A DNA stretch of 63,415 nt, counting the filler, from Folioceros fuciformis (Eukaryota): assembly GCA_049999805.1 (NCBI GenBank). It is 13 parts of 13 records of this genome, joined end to end, with 100 filler letters (N's around TTAATTAATTAA, not from the genome) between each part and the next. Parts side by side here need not be neighbours in the genome. Positions count along the whole stretch, not along the records: positions 1 to 3,582 come from JBNGIO010005530.1; positions 3,683 to 5,446 come from JBNGIO010005532.1; positions 5,547 to 8,094 come from JBNGIO010005533.1; positions 8,195 to 9,263 come from JBNGIO010005535.1; positions 9,364 to 19,218 come from JBNGIO010005536.1; 8 more parts are not named here. One strand, written 5' to 3'. Position numbers and translations under genes: made by a program. Below, one piece after another: positions 1 through 11,223 of the stretch. The notes under the pieces were generated by a model. The model worked only from the letters and a program-made list of their open reading frames with translations, was not told where the DNA came from and did not search any database. Numbering within the stretch: the stretch's first letter is position 1; the number at the start of each line of letters is the position of its first letter.

Positions 1-120
1 TGAGATGTGAGAAAAGGGGAATTTATCCTCCCCCTCCTCCCCTTCCACATCAGTTGTGCCCCCCACGAACGTGTACCCTTCAGTGTCCGTTGGGGTCTCA
101 CCAAGGTAGACATCCCGGCT

Positions 121-843
121 CTAGGTCAAACAAATCCTACCCTCCTTGGTCTTGGGGTCCCATTCAGGTGGTTTGAAAGCCACCTCCTTCCTCCCCCATG
201 ACAACCTGCACCTCAATCCATACAGCCAGGTCCTGCCCAACAAGATGTCGTAGCCCGATGCCTTGTGCTCAATGACCACAAAATCGAGAAGGTAGGGAAT
301 GGTCCCTATGGTCATGGTTACCCCTCTCAGCTCCCCTACCTGCTGCATTCTGGACATATCAGCTAACCTCAAAACTTTGGTTGTGTGCTCGATCTCCAAT
401 CCCAGTTTCTTGGCTGTATCCTCCTTCATAATATTCACCCCTGAACCTGTATCCAGCGGCACCCTCTTAATCACGCAGCCTGCAATTTCCACCTGCAGTT
501 CAGCCGGTCCTTCGTTCACCATGGACACCATGTTGACCATAGGAGCCGACAACCTTGGCCCTGATTTAGGTAGCCTCTTCCTCCTCTTGGGCTCGGCCTC
601 CTGCAACACCTTCCGAACCTGCTGTCGATACTTAGGGTTATCCTTTAGGAGCTGGCCAAAGGTGACAGCAAATTGTTGGTCCATGATAGCTCCAGCCAAA
701 TCAAACGGCTTTTGGCCAGTCCCCTCGGTCCCTTTGGTCACAGCTGCCACCTCCCTGGTTGGCAGACTTGCAGCCACGGGTGCTGACTCCTTTGCTGCCC
801 TGTCCAGCTCCTCTTGGATCATGTCCAACACTTCTCTCCTCAC
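121..843 (-). mobile_element. Ty3/gypsy-type gag C-terminus and aspartic protease fragment
   Basis: ORF has the retropepsin motif VPLDTGSGVNIM and downstream YDILLGRTWL; truncated at both ends. Confidence 0.75.
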
Positions 844-1159
844 ATCTTGAGTGAGAGAGTGAGGGAAGTGAGTGTGGGAAGTCGCAGATCTAAGAGGTTA
901 GGGTCGTTGTAGTGACTGGAGTGAGTTTGTGGGCACCGAGAGAAGTACAGCTGACCGCCGGACAGTGAGGCCTGTCCTACGCCTGATCGGAGCTGGAGGG
1001 GAGCCCTCGAATCCATCATCGAGTCGATCAAATCCGACCCTCCATCCACAGCAACAAGGAACCCCATCGCTCCTTCGTGGGAACGAAACCCAATGTCTGA
1101 ACGACAGTGGGATAAGTGTGGCCACTAAAGGTGGAACCCGTTGGCAATCAGTGCCCGGG

Positions 1160-2131
1160 GTTTTGCCTCCACACTTTGCTCTCTGAGGTCAAGGTAATAT
1201 TAAGCAGTAAATTTGAAATGAAGGTCATCGGTGAACTTAGGTTCTGTTTGGGAATACAAATTATCCGCAACAGACCTGATAGGCTGATGGTGATCCATCA
1301 GCTGAAGTATATTAATGAGATCCTAAGAAAGTTCAAGCTAGAAGACTGCCGACCAGCTACCACACCTGCAGCTGTTGGAGTAAAACTGACTAGCCTCATG
1401 TGCCCACAGAGCGCCCAAGACAAAAAGGATATGGAAGGCGTGCCATACAGGCATGCTGTAGGTAGTCTGATTTTTGTCGCTAACTGGACCAGGCCAGATG
1501 TGCAGTATACTGTTAGCACAATGTCACAGTTCTTGGAGAATCCAGGTAGGGGGCACTGGGTGGCTGTAAAGAGGATATTTAGGTACCTCAAGGGCACCAT
1601 GCACCATGGGCTAGTTTACAAAAGGGATGGAAAGGACAGACTTAGCTTGCGTGGATTCACGGATGTCGACTGGGCTTCAGACTCTGATTCCCGTAAGAGC
1701 CTATCCACATACTGTTTCTTATTGGCATCTGCAGCTGTAAACTGGAGCAACAAAAAGCAAAGCTCAATCTCCCTGTCCTCAACCAAAGCTGAGTATAAAT
1801 CACTTACAGAAGCTACGAAAGAGGCTGAGTGGGAAAGGAGATTCTTACTTGATCTAGGACAGGAGCAGATTGAGCCAACCCCGATATCTTGTGACAATAT
1901 GTCAACCTTGGCCTTGGTGGCAAACCCTCGCTTTCATGCGAGGACAAAACATATCGAAGTACAGCACCACTACATACGTGATGCTGTGGACAGAGGTGTG
2001 ACCAAGGTAAGCTTCGTGGGGACAAATGACAACACTGCCGACATACTCACGAAGGCCTTGCCCAAGCACAAACATTGTTAGCATATGGAAGGGTTGGGCA
2101 TACATGACTTCTCAGTGTATACAGAACAGTA
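1160..2131 (+). mobile_element. Ty1/copia RT C-terminus and RNase H (5'-truncated, degenerate)
   Basis: YRHAVGSLIF..TRPD, GFTDVDWASD, STKAEY, CDNMS, ARTKHIEVQHHYIR, ADILTKAL; stop at 2079-2081. Confidence 0.92.
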
Positions 2132-2382
2132 AAGCTTGATGCTAGACTTATTTGGTGGTTGGGGAGACAGGTGCCCTCCTTCTGCTGACGGTTTGCCTCA
2201 CAGCTTGTGAGTTCATCCCTTCAGCAGTCAAGCACCTGTCCGTGTTCCCCAGGCATCCAGGATTCTGTCCAGGGATCAAGTGGTAGTTGTTAGGAAACGT
2301 AAGAAATGACTGATTGGTTGGAACCGCAACAGGTGGATGAAGCTCCTCAAGCACCTAATCACCTGGATGCCAGTTCCATTGC

Positions 2383-2817
2383 CTAGCCTGCAGCAAACAC
2401 GCAACCTTCCCTTAGTGACTTGGGAAGCTTGGCGGCGTCTTTCAGCAAAGTGATGTGGTCAATCCTGTACTCCAGCTCACGCAGGACGTCTGGGTCTATG
2501 TTCTCAGCTGTAGGGAGGTCGCTCTTCCACTCAACAGTCAAGCTGATGGCCATCCTCCAGTTGCCAATTTTGATGCTCCCCCTAGACCTTGCTCTGGGAG
2601 ATCTCCTCTTGGTAGCAAGTTTCTCGTCACCCTCATTATATCGCCTGCCACTCCGGAGTCTCATGCTGAAGAAACAGGAAGCTATTCTGATAAGCATGAA
2701 CAGCAAAACCTGAAGGAAGGCGATAGCGGAGGTGAATAGAAGTAGCGCCATCCCTGTACTCTGGGAGTACTCGAGTATGGTTGTTGGCGTAAGAGCACGC
2801 ATAAGGGGAGCAGGCAT
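2383..2817 (-). CDS. Antisense ORF with a hydrophobic N-terminal segment in the copia 3' region (hypothetical)
   Basis: 144-aa ATG ORF between the RNase H end and the PPT; hydrophobic stretch MALLLFTSAIAFLQVLLFMLIRIASCFF. Confidence 0.4.
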   Translation of the reverse strand: MPAPLMRALTPTTILEYSQSTGMALLLFTSAIAFLQVLLFMLIRIASCFFSMRLRSGRRYNEGDEKLATKRRSPRARSRGSIKIGNWRMAISLTVEWKSDLPTAENIDPDVLRELEYRIDHITLLKDAAKLPKSLREGCVFAAG

Positions 2818-2880
2818 GAGAGGGTCTCGTGGGCGTCAGCAGGACAGCAGGGGACTTAGCTCGTTGCGCTCGAGAGGGAG

Positions 2881-3218
2881 TGTGAGAGATAAACCCCGGT
2901 TAGGGCTTAAGTTACTTGCTTACTCGCTTTACCTAGGGTTAGGGTTATTTACCGAAGGGTTAATTAGCGAAGCGCTCTGTAGGCATAGTGGCATTATCAC
3001 GATGTGACTATAATATATTTTTGTATTCGTTACACAATTAATTTGCAACATATGTTGTTCAACAGCAAGTGCTTGCTCCTTTCACATTATGCACATAATT
3101 GTAGAGTGCGTTCCTTTTCTTGTTTCTTTAGATTGATCAAGTGTCTCAAGTCATCCATACGAAGCATGTTTGCATGCCCTTTCGGGCCTTCTGACTTAGG
3201 GGCTTGTAGAAATTTACA
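2881..3218 (+). repeat. 3' LTR of the copia element, preceded by a PPT
   Basis: GAGAGGGAG (2872-2880) immediately followed by TGTGAG; AT-rich body; plausible TTTACA end at 3218 (end uncertain). Confidence 0.6.
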
Positions 3219-3582
3219 AAGAAGAAGTGTCTTTACTGCTGGCGGGCACCTTTAAAAGCACCCGCTTATAAAAACAGTTAATACGGTTATTGTTCATGTC
3301 CCGTGAAATCTGAAATATACTAATTAATGATATATTGTGAATAACTTTAGCTAGGATATATCTATTTATATATATTTTTCACTCCCACTTAGACTAGCTA
3401 TGGTTATCTATCTACTCTTCGAGCCCCTCTCGTTTTGAGCTCGCTGTCTGGCACTTCACTTCACGCGCTATCGATCACTCTTGCGATTCCGGTTCTTCGA
3501 TGTTCTCTTGTCGTTCACACCTGCAACCAAAGTACCTGACTTCCCAGACTCATTCTGTACGCCCTTCGGCACACGTTTGATG

Positions 3583-3682
3583 NNNNNNNNNNNNNNNNNN
3601 NNNNNNNNNNNNNNNNNNNNNNNNNNTTAATTAATTAANNNNNNNNNNNNNNNNNNNNNNNNNNNNNNNNNNNNNNNNNNNN
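3583..3682. other. Artificial contig-joining spacer (first of 12)
   Basis: 44N-TTAATTAATTAA-44N; identical spacers at 5447, 8095, 9264, 19219, 22589, 52422, 53525, 56555, 57685, 59141 and 62160. Confidence 0.97.
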
Positions 3683-4208
3683 TGGAGAAGTACTCTCCCC
3701 CTCCATCAGATCTTAGGCATTTGATGTGCCTACCTGTCTGCTTCTCAACCATCGCCTTGAAAGTATGAAAATGAGTGATCACTTCACTTCTTTCTTTCAT
3801 GAAATAGACCCACACCTTCCTTGTGTGGTCGTCAATGAAGGTCACATAGTACTTGCAGCCTCCGATTGATGCAGTCTGTGTAGGACCCCATACATCTGAA
3901 TGCACAACATCCAACACATATCTGCTGACATGTTTGTCATGGGGGAACGCATTCCTAGGCTGTTTCCCAAGTTGACATGCTTCACATATACCTTGCAGTC
4001 CATTTTCTATAAGCTTGGGTATGCCTGTGACAACCTTCTGATGCTGCATGGACTTCAACTTCTGCACATTTACATGTCCAATGCGTTTGTACCACATCTC
4101 TAGGTCTGTCACTACCCTTGTACCCTTCGCAAACATGGCTGACTTCAGCTTAGGAACCTCCACGTTCAAGGTGAACATCCGTCCAACCTTCTGTCCTTGA
4201 GCAATCAG
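3683..4208 (-). mobile_element. Ty1/copia integrase N-terminal part (same family as 5547-7464)
   Basis: WYKRIGH..CEAC zinc finger, VHSDVWGP, LRSDGGGEY; near-identical to 5607-6132. Confidence 0.92.
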
Positions 4209-4468
4209 AAGAGGAGCCCTTCGACCATGAAGTGCTACAATGAGAATTGAATTAAGAAAGTAAAATGTACAAGCCTTTATATAGGCTAGGTGGTTAGGTG
4301 GTTAAGTGGTTATAACCATAAGTGGTGGTAACCACTAGGTAGTTGCAACTAATATAACAACTAACTACCTAGAGCAATTAAATAGAAAACTACCTAATGC
4401 CCTAGGAATAAATTAATGTTTAAGTAATATGGCCCTAATGAATAGTGCCCTAAACTAGATCTATTTCA
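4209..4468 (-). repeat. LTR-like segment inserted into the methyltransferase domain
   Basis: Begins TGAAATAG on the minus strand at 4468, AT-rich, contains TATATAAA; abuts the copia integrase. Confidence 0.6.
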
Positions 4469-4830
4469 TTACCCAATGCGCTGGTCCTCCAACTCGGCTT
4501 CCTCGCCTACTTGCGAGAACCCTTGAAATTCCCAACCAACAATTAGCACATCGATGAGTCCCAAAGCCTGGATATGGCCTTGTTGGATGTACCTGACGTC
4601 TAGAGGCAATGCTGCGAATGTGGCAGCCAATGGTGACTCTAGCACTTGTGTGGGAAACCTTCTATGGAGCGCCTAAAAACGATGAGCAGCCATCTGCTGT
4701 GCTTCCCCGCTGTCGTCGCAGTATACATAATGCCAAATGGGGAGGCCTGCTTTGAGCAAGGCTTCCAGGCCAGTGCAAATACCTTCGAATAGTTCGACCA
4801 GAAAGAGGCCTGTACTTGGGATGGGCCGAG
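4469..4830 (-). pseudogene. C5 cytosine DNA methyltransferase domain (DNMT3-like motifs I-IV) within a retrotransposon polyprotein; decayed
   Basis: Translation through one TAG (4673-4675): LFLVELFEGICTGLEALLKAGLPIWHYVYCDDSGEAQQMAAHRF*ALHRRFPTQ...LPLDVRYIQQGHIQALGLIDVLIVGWEFQGFSQVGEEAELEDQRIG; motif I FxG at 4781-4789 and a motif IV-like GWE(F)QGFS. Confidence 0.8.
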
Positions 4831-5165
4831 CAATCACTTGAGCACTAACAATATGCTCTTGTGTGGGATCCTTGAGCCCCCGCTGCAACATAGCTTGCAC
4901 CTGCAGAACAGGCTCATGAGCATCCTGCAACATGCTCTTAGTCTGTGTAGGGTGATCCGCAGCCTTGATCAGATCCGCCACCCTGCAGGTGACTATGGTG
5001 TTGCTAGAATAGCTGTCACAATGCTCCTCCTCCTGCTCAAAATCTAGGTGATCGTCATCATGCACATGGTCACTGGCCAACAGAATTGCTGTGCACGTGC
5101 TTGCCGTTCCACAAGTGTGGTTGTGCCAACCTTTGCCATGCCATGCAGTCGTAAGGAGAAGTGTG

Positions 5166-5446
5166 CTACCCTCTTTCCACTTGCTTCCAGTCTGGCCAAT
5201 AGTACGCTTGCTCCGTCCAGTTGTCCACACTCAGGCCTAGTGGAAACATAAATTCTTGACCTAACAACGCGTCATAATTCGTGGTTGTTGTCACCAAGCA
5301 TGGAAGGCTCGGTGTCATGGCACTACAGCTCAGTGTCATGGCATCTGTAGTGCCAGGCTTGAGCGTGATGTCCACATGGTGGACATTCTCTCCCGAGATT
5401 GGTTCAATGGCTCCTGATGAAGTCCTTATGTTCCAAGGAGAGCTCT
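5166..5446 (-). mobile_element. Gypsy-type aspartic protease C-terminal half upstream of the methyltransferase
   Basis: PWNIRTSSG...ITLKPGT...LPCLVTTTTNYDALLGQEFMFPLG, a retropepsin YDxLLG motif. Confidence 0.65.
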
Positions 5447-5546
5447 NNNNNNNNNNNNNNNNNNNNNNNNNNNNNNNNNNNNNNNNNNNNTTAATTAATT
5501 AANNNNNNNNNNNNNNNNNNNNNNNNNNNNNNNNNNNNNNNNNNNN

Positions 5547-7464
5547 TATAACGACATGAGTACTGCCGTTGAATGCCCTGTTCTGATAAGAATTTGCTGA
5601 ACTCTCTGGAGAAGTACTCTCCCCCTCCATCAGATCTTAGGCATTTGATGTGCCTACCTGTCTGCTTCTCAACCATCGCCTTGAAAGTATGAAAATGAGT
5701 GATCACTTCACTTTTTTCTTTCATGAAATAGACCCACACCTTCCTTGTGTGGTCGTCAATGAAGGTCACATAGTACTTGCAACCTCCGATTGATGCAGTC
5801 TGTGTAGGACCCCATACATCTGAATGCACAACATCCAACACATATCTGCTGACATGTTTGTCATGGGGGAACGCATTCCTAGGCTGTTTCCCAAGTTGAC
5901 ATGCTTCACATATACCTTGCAGTCCATTTTCTGTAAGCTTGGGTATGCCTGTGACAACCTTCTGATGCTGCATGGACTTCAACTTCTGCACATTTACATG
6001 TCCAATGCGTTTGTGCCACATCTCTAGGTCTGTCACTACCCTTGTACCCTTCGCAAACATGGCTGACTTCAGCTTAGGAACCTCCACGTTCAAGGTGAAC
6101 ATCCGTCCAACCTTCTGTCCTTGAGCAATCAGGCGACCGCCTTTCTTGCACTCTTCAACAAAGAGTCCTGCAGGTGTAAATCTAACCTGCAGTCCTTGCT
6201 CAACCATCTGCCCAACTGACACCAAGTTCTTTGTGATGTTGGGTACGTGAAGAACATCTACCAGGCACTTCACTTTGCCATCCTGCATCTTCAGAGGTAC
6301 AGTTCCTGTATGCACAATTGCATGTGTTGTGTCATCTCCAGTTTCTACATATCCAGGTTTGTCAAGCACTTGCATTTCTTTGAACCACTCCCCATGGCAT
6401 GTCATGTGGTTCGAAGCTCCTGAGTCCACATACCACACAATCTCACCATTGTTGGATCCATTAGCAGACACAGAGTTAAGCATATGCTGCATGACAAACA
6501 AGTTTTCTGAGTCATTCTGACTGCTGCTAGAGGCATAATTGTTCTGCTGCCTCCTGTTGCCTTGATTTCTCCTTGGACAGTCTCTTTCGAAGTGGTCTAA
6601 CCTACCACAAGTCCAGCAACCACTATTGTCTGCATTTGCATCATTTTGTTGTTGATTTCCACGTCCTCTTTGACTCCCCCAGCCTCGAGAATTTTCTCCT
6701 CTTCCACGTGTACTCTTGTACTGGGACTCCTGATTCTGTTGTTGATTTTGGTAGGGATTCCGACCTCTACCACCTCTTTGCCCTCTGCCACCTTGGGCTC
6801 TACCTCTGCCTCTGCCAGAGTAGAAGGCCTGCTCAGAGTTTTCCTTAGGCTTAGAGGATGATTCCTCGCCTAGGTTTTTCTCCTCTATGATCAACATAGA
6901 AATCAGGTCTGAGAAATTGGGAATGTTTTCCCGAGTCTGTATGGAAGTCTTGAACTGCTTGTAGGCAGGTGTTAACCCACGCAAGCAAACTTCGACCTTG
7001 TCATCATCTTCCACACTGACACCAATGGACACAAGGGATTCCACTATCCCTTTGATCTTTAACGCGTACTCATTGATTGATAAGTTCTTCTTCATAACTG
7101 TGTTGAAGTCATCCTTCAACTGCAGTTTTCTCGCCTTCGTGTTAGTCTCATAGAGTTTTACCAACTCATCCCATGCTTCTTTGGGCGACTCTGCATCCTG
7201 TATGTGCCCAATCATGGTGTCATGAATGCTGATTGACAGCCAATACATGACCTTCCGAGATCCTTGACTCCAATCCTTCAGCGCCTTAATCTGCTCCGCT
7301 GTTGCATTCCGTTCAAGTACTACAGGGGGTTTTTCATGCTCCCCCTCAATGTAGTCCCAATAACCCTTTCCCATAAGAAAGTTTGTAAAACGAAACTTCC
7401 AGGCATGGAAGTTGTTTTTGTCCAGCTTCTCCTGTACGATCTGGTTAATACTGTCACTAGCCAT
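5547..7464 (-). mobile_element. Ty1/copia gag-protease-integrase, uninterrupted ORF cut by the contig end
   Basis: EKLDKNNFHAWKF gag start, CWTCGRLDHFERDC zinc knuckle, WYVDSGASNHM protease, HHCC integrase. Confidence 0.95.
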
Positions 7465-8014
7465 TCTTGCCACCACTCAAGGTTGACACTCAATCCTTTC
7501 TTGAGTACTCACACCTGATAAATGTCTGAAAGAACCAGACTGCTTCTGACTGGAGTTTTACTCACAAGACCTTAAGTCTCTTCTTCCTAAGAGCAATCTG
7601 GTGCGGAATCACGCTGCCTTGTGTGAACCAGATTGTCTCATGCTCCGTGTCCTTACAGACTCTTGACTGTCTGCCCACAAAGCTCCCGTGAGATTTCCTG
7701 TCAATTCCTTCCCTGCTGCCAAGCTAGGGTTAGCACACTTTCTTGCAGCTGCTGAGGCTATTGCAGCTGTTGCCTCCACTTGTCAGCCCTTCCACAGAGC
7801 TCTGGGGATCAACAGCTAGTCCAGTAAGCTGACAGGCCTTGTCGCCCTTCTCCTCACTTCCTGCACACACCGATATGAGAGTTAGCTGCCGGGACGCTTG
7901 CTGCCGATCTCCCTCCAAGCTGCTCCAACTTCTCGTAGCTGCTCTAGCTTCTGGTGTGCACTCTTGCTGCCTCTTGCAGCACCTCCTACGCCGATCTTGC
8001 ACCGCCTGCACCGG

Positions 8015-8094
8015 GCTCTGATACCATGTCAATAGGATCGACTCCAGTCTACGTGCAAGTGTAGGAGAGGAGAGGAGAGAAGAGAGGGTGGTAT
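8015..8094 (-). promoter_or_regulatory. tRNAiMet PBS and 3' end of the 5' LTR
   Basis: Minus strand reads ...TTGACA then TGGTATCAGAGC (8026-8015). Confidence 0.85.
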
Positions 8095-10197
8095 NNNNNN
8101 NNNNNNNNNNNNNNNNNNNNNNNNNNNNNNNNNNNNNNTTAATTAATTAANNNNNNNNNNNNNNNNNNNNNNNNNNNNNNNNNNNNNNNNNNNNGTAGAG
8201 TCCTTGTACACACACCAATTCCAATTTGTTGGGTCGACAACAGGTCCGGTTGCCAAACTGTGGCCATCGTTCAGGGACCGCTGTCGGAAGATGACTCTTA
8301 ACAAAAGTCTCGTCGAGCCAGATCCCCGGCCGGGTAGACTGTACAAACGTATGTCTGACCACAGCAGCCTGAAGGGGTGAACCGTGAGCCGTCCTGCCTG
8401 AAGGGGTGACCCGTCCTATAATACCTGTGCGCGACCGGACTGGTGCTTCAGACCAATCGACCATGTGACGGATATTAGATGGTAACTTTATGTTTCACTC
8501 TAGATATACAAAACAGTTAAGTGCTTGTCAGCTGCCATAGGAAAAACAAGATGTTCATTTCAGGCTTGTCAACGTTAAGTGCATGTCAACCTACATACCC
8601 CAAGATATTTTTAAGCGAGCCATGGTATATCACGGTCTCTGTTTCTCATCACACAGTTGGGTCAGTTGGTATCTTGAAGGCCGAAACGGCAACGCGGTCC
8701 TGGATGTGACTAGACGAGGAATTGCCGTTACGTGAACGTCTAGATATGTGCCTCGCACTGCCTGGATTGTGATTGGGGTTGCTAGTTTCAACTGCTTCCT
8801 GTGAACTGCCAAGCTCTTGTGCCTTGATACTCCTCGGCATACTGGCTACCTATGTGCTTTCACCTGCACTGTACAGCATCATATACATACGGCAGTATTG
8901 GTCAGGAGAAGGAGTTGACGAGACCCTGCAAAGCACGTGTACAACGTGCTCATCATGAAGAGTGTGCAGGAGTGCAGGGAAAACATGCTAGGCTTGCTAC
9001 AAAGTTGTGTAGTACCTAGTCCCACAGAGCGAAATGCCGTCAAGTGCACGATCATACAATTCTTCTTCTTCTCCTCCTTCGTCTTCTTCTTGTTAGGGGA
9101 ACGATGGTACGTGCCACCAAGAAGAATTCGCACACCACTAGGAATCCGCCTGGCACTGGCTACACTCACTTCTTCATTTTTCTCATGGTCGACCCTTACA
9201 ACTGCAACAACCATTTGCGAATCGATGCACACGGTACCCATCCCTCACAACAATGTCTCTCTGNNNNNNNNNNNNNNNNNNNNNNNNNNNNNNNNNNNNN
9301 NNNNNNNTTAATTAATTAANNNNNNNNNNNNNNNNNNNNNNNNNNNNNNNNNNNNNNNNNNNNGGTCTGCTGGCTGGTGGTGGGTTGCTGAAGAGCCTAG
9401 CTAGTAGCCATCCCAGCCCGGCAGTAGGCAGGATCCGGTCAGGATCCAGGCCTCGCATCCCAGCAGGCGGCAGTATCCAGACCAGCTGACCAGGCGGGCT
9501 GGAATGCAGCGAGCTGGCGAACATGTTGGATTGAGGTGGGTGGCAGGCCAGGTAAGGGGCTGGCAGTTGGATCCAGGCAGCCAGGCCGGCTGGCTGAACA
9601 GTGGCCAGACGGTGGCCTGGCTGAATCGTGGCAACATGCAATGCATGCAGTTCTCGGACACGCTACAGGAGTACCTTCTGGATCTAAAGAATGAGCATCA
9701 GTGGAAGCAGTGGAAGTGTCGGCCGGTGTGGTGTTCCTGGTGCCCTCGCTGAAGGAGGGAGTAAGCTAAGAGGGAGTAGGCTGAGTTGTGGGGTGGTTCA
9801 TTGCACCAGTGAGAATTCTTCGGATATCCTGGTGCTCTAGAAGTAGGATTGCGTTTGTTCTTGTTAGCTTGCTTGTTAGCTTGCTTCCTCAGGGGTACTG
9901 GATGGGCAGCTAGGCCGGGTCATGGGCCTCCTGATCAGCAGCATGGGGGGTGGTTGGTCAGGATGGGGGGTGGCAAGATTGAAAGAAGATGGAGACTCTA
10001 AAGGGTTGCAAGATGATCGAAGGGAAAGGGATGATCTGAGAGAGGAGAGGAGAGTGTTGAGGAGCACTCCGGATTCTTGCTAGTTGGGAGAGGCTGACAA
10101 TGTTGGATAGAGGGCAACCAGCGGTGTCCAAGGGGGGTAATGGGCAATTAGGTGCAGGGGTAGGTTAGAGTTAGGCTTTGGTTAGGCTGCGATCAGA

Positions 10198-10345
10198 ATT
10201 AGGTCTAGGTCAGGCCTAGATTAGGTCTAGGTCAGGCCTAGATCAGGTCTAGGTCAGGCCTAGATCAGGTCTAGGTCAGGCCTGGATCAAGTCTAGGTCA
10301 GGCTTAGATTAGGTTTAGGTCAGACCTAGGTTAGGTTTAGGTCAG
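10198..10345. repeat. 22-bp tandem repeat with 11-bp subunits
   Basis: About 6-7 copies of AGGTCTAGGTCAGGCCTAGAT(T/C). Confidence 0.85.
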
Positions 10346-10974
10346 AACCGGATGTAGGATGGTTTAAGTCAGAGAGAGAGATGAGGGTGAGGGTACAAGA
10401 GGAGAGGCCTGCCATTGAGAGAGGGGGGTCTATGGTGTGATATCCCCAGACCTTGTGTGCGGAACTCCTGGCTTAGGGCGCTGAGCCGGTTGAGATTGAA
10501 CCAAGGTTCTGATTTCCCTTGCCACTAGGGGAACGTGGAGATCCCAAGACTGTCAAGATCCGTGTGGCCGGATCCGCAAGGGCTGAATGATTGGCAGGCT
10601 GGCTAAAGTGGAGGATCAGGACCGTGAGCTGGAGGGCTATCCAGTCCTGGTGACCACACTATGCTTGGAGGCTGCAGGGCGTGAAGCCATTGTGTCCCAA
10701 TTTCCAGGAAGGGACTGAAGTGGGAATCTTGAAGAGCTGAGGTGAAGGAGAAAGGGACTGAAGTGGGAATCTTGAAGAGCTGAAGGACTGAAGAACAGGA
10801 GTGAGTTGGGCGGGCTGACTTAGGGGGTAGGCTAGGCTTCTAGCCTTTTTGTTGTGAGTGTATGGACAGGCCTATGGACCGGCTGATAGGTAGAAGTGTG
10901 ATAGGTAGTGTTCCTTGGCACTAATTCACTCCCTTGGGAGCGAACCATAGGACTGCAGCGACAATAGGGGGGGA

Positions 10975-11223
10975 TGTGTGGCCCTTAGGTGGTTCTTGGT
11001 TGCAAGAAATCACTCCACACTAGTTAAGTATCATTTGTTTAGATTAGCTTAAGCTAATCTTTAGGAAGCTTCTTGCGCAGCTTCCTATGCGCTTCTTGTG
11101 AAGCTTCCTTGGGAGGTCTTCTAGAGGGTATAAATACCCTCTTGAGCTCCCTTGCAATACAATGTGTGAGACCTCTCTTTCTCCTCTCCTCCTTCATCAT
11201 GTGGCTCCCCTAGCGATCCTTCA
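10975..11223 (+). repeat. LTR (TG..CA) flanked by an upstream PPT and a downstream tRNAiMet PBS
   Basis: AGGGGGGGA 10966-10974, TG at 10975, TATAAATA 11129-11136, CA at 11223, TGGTATCAGAGC 11226-11237. Confidence 0.8.

Noticed and set aside
2899-2961. TTAGGG-like motifs as a telomere (also near 17711 and 55850)
   Set aside because: Only one or two dispersed units inside TE sequence; no array.
8195-9263. Short ORFs in the 1-kb contig
   Set aside because: No recognisable motif in any frame.
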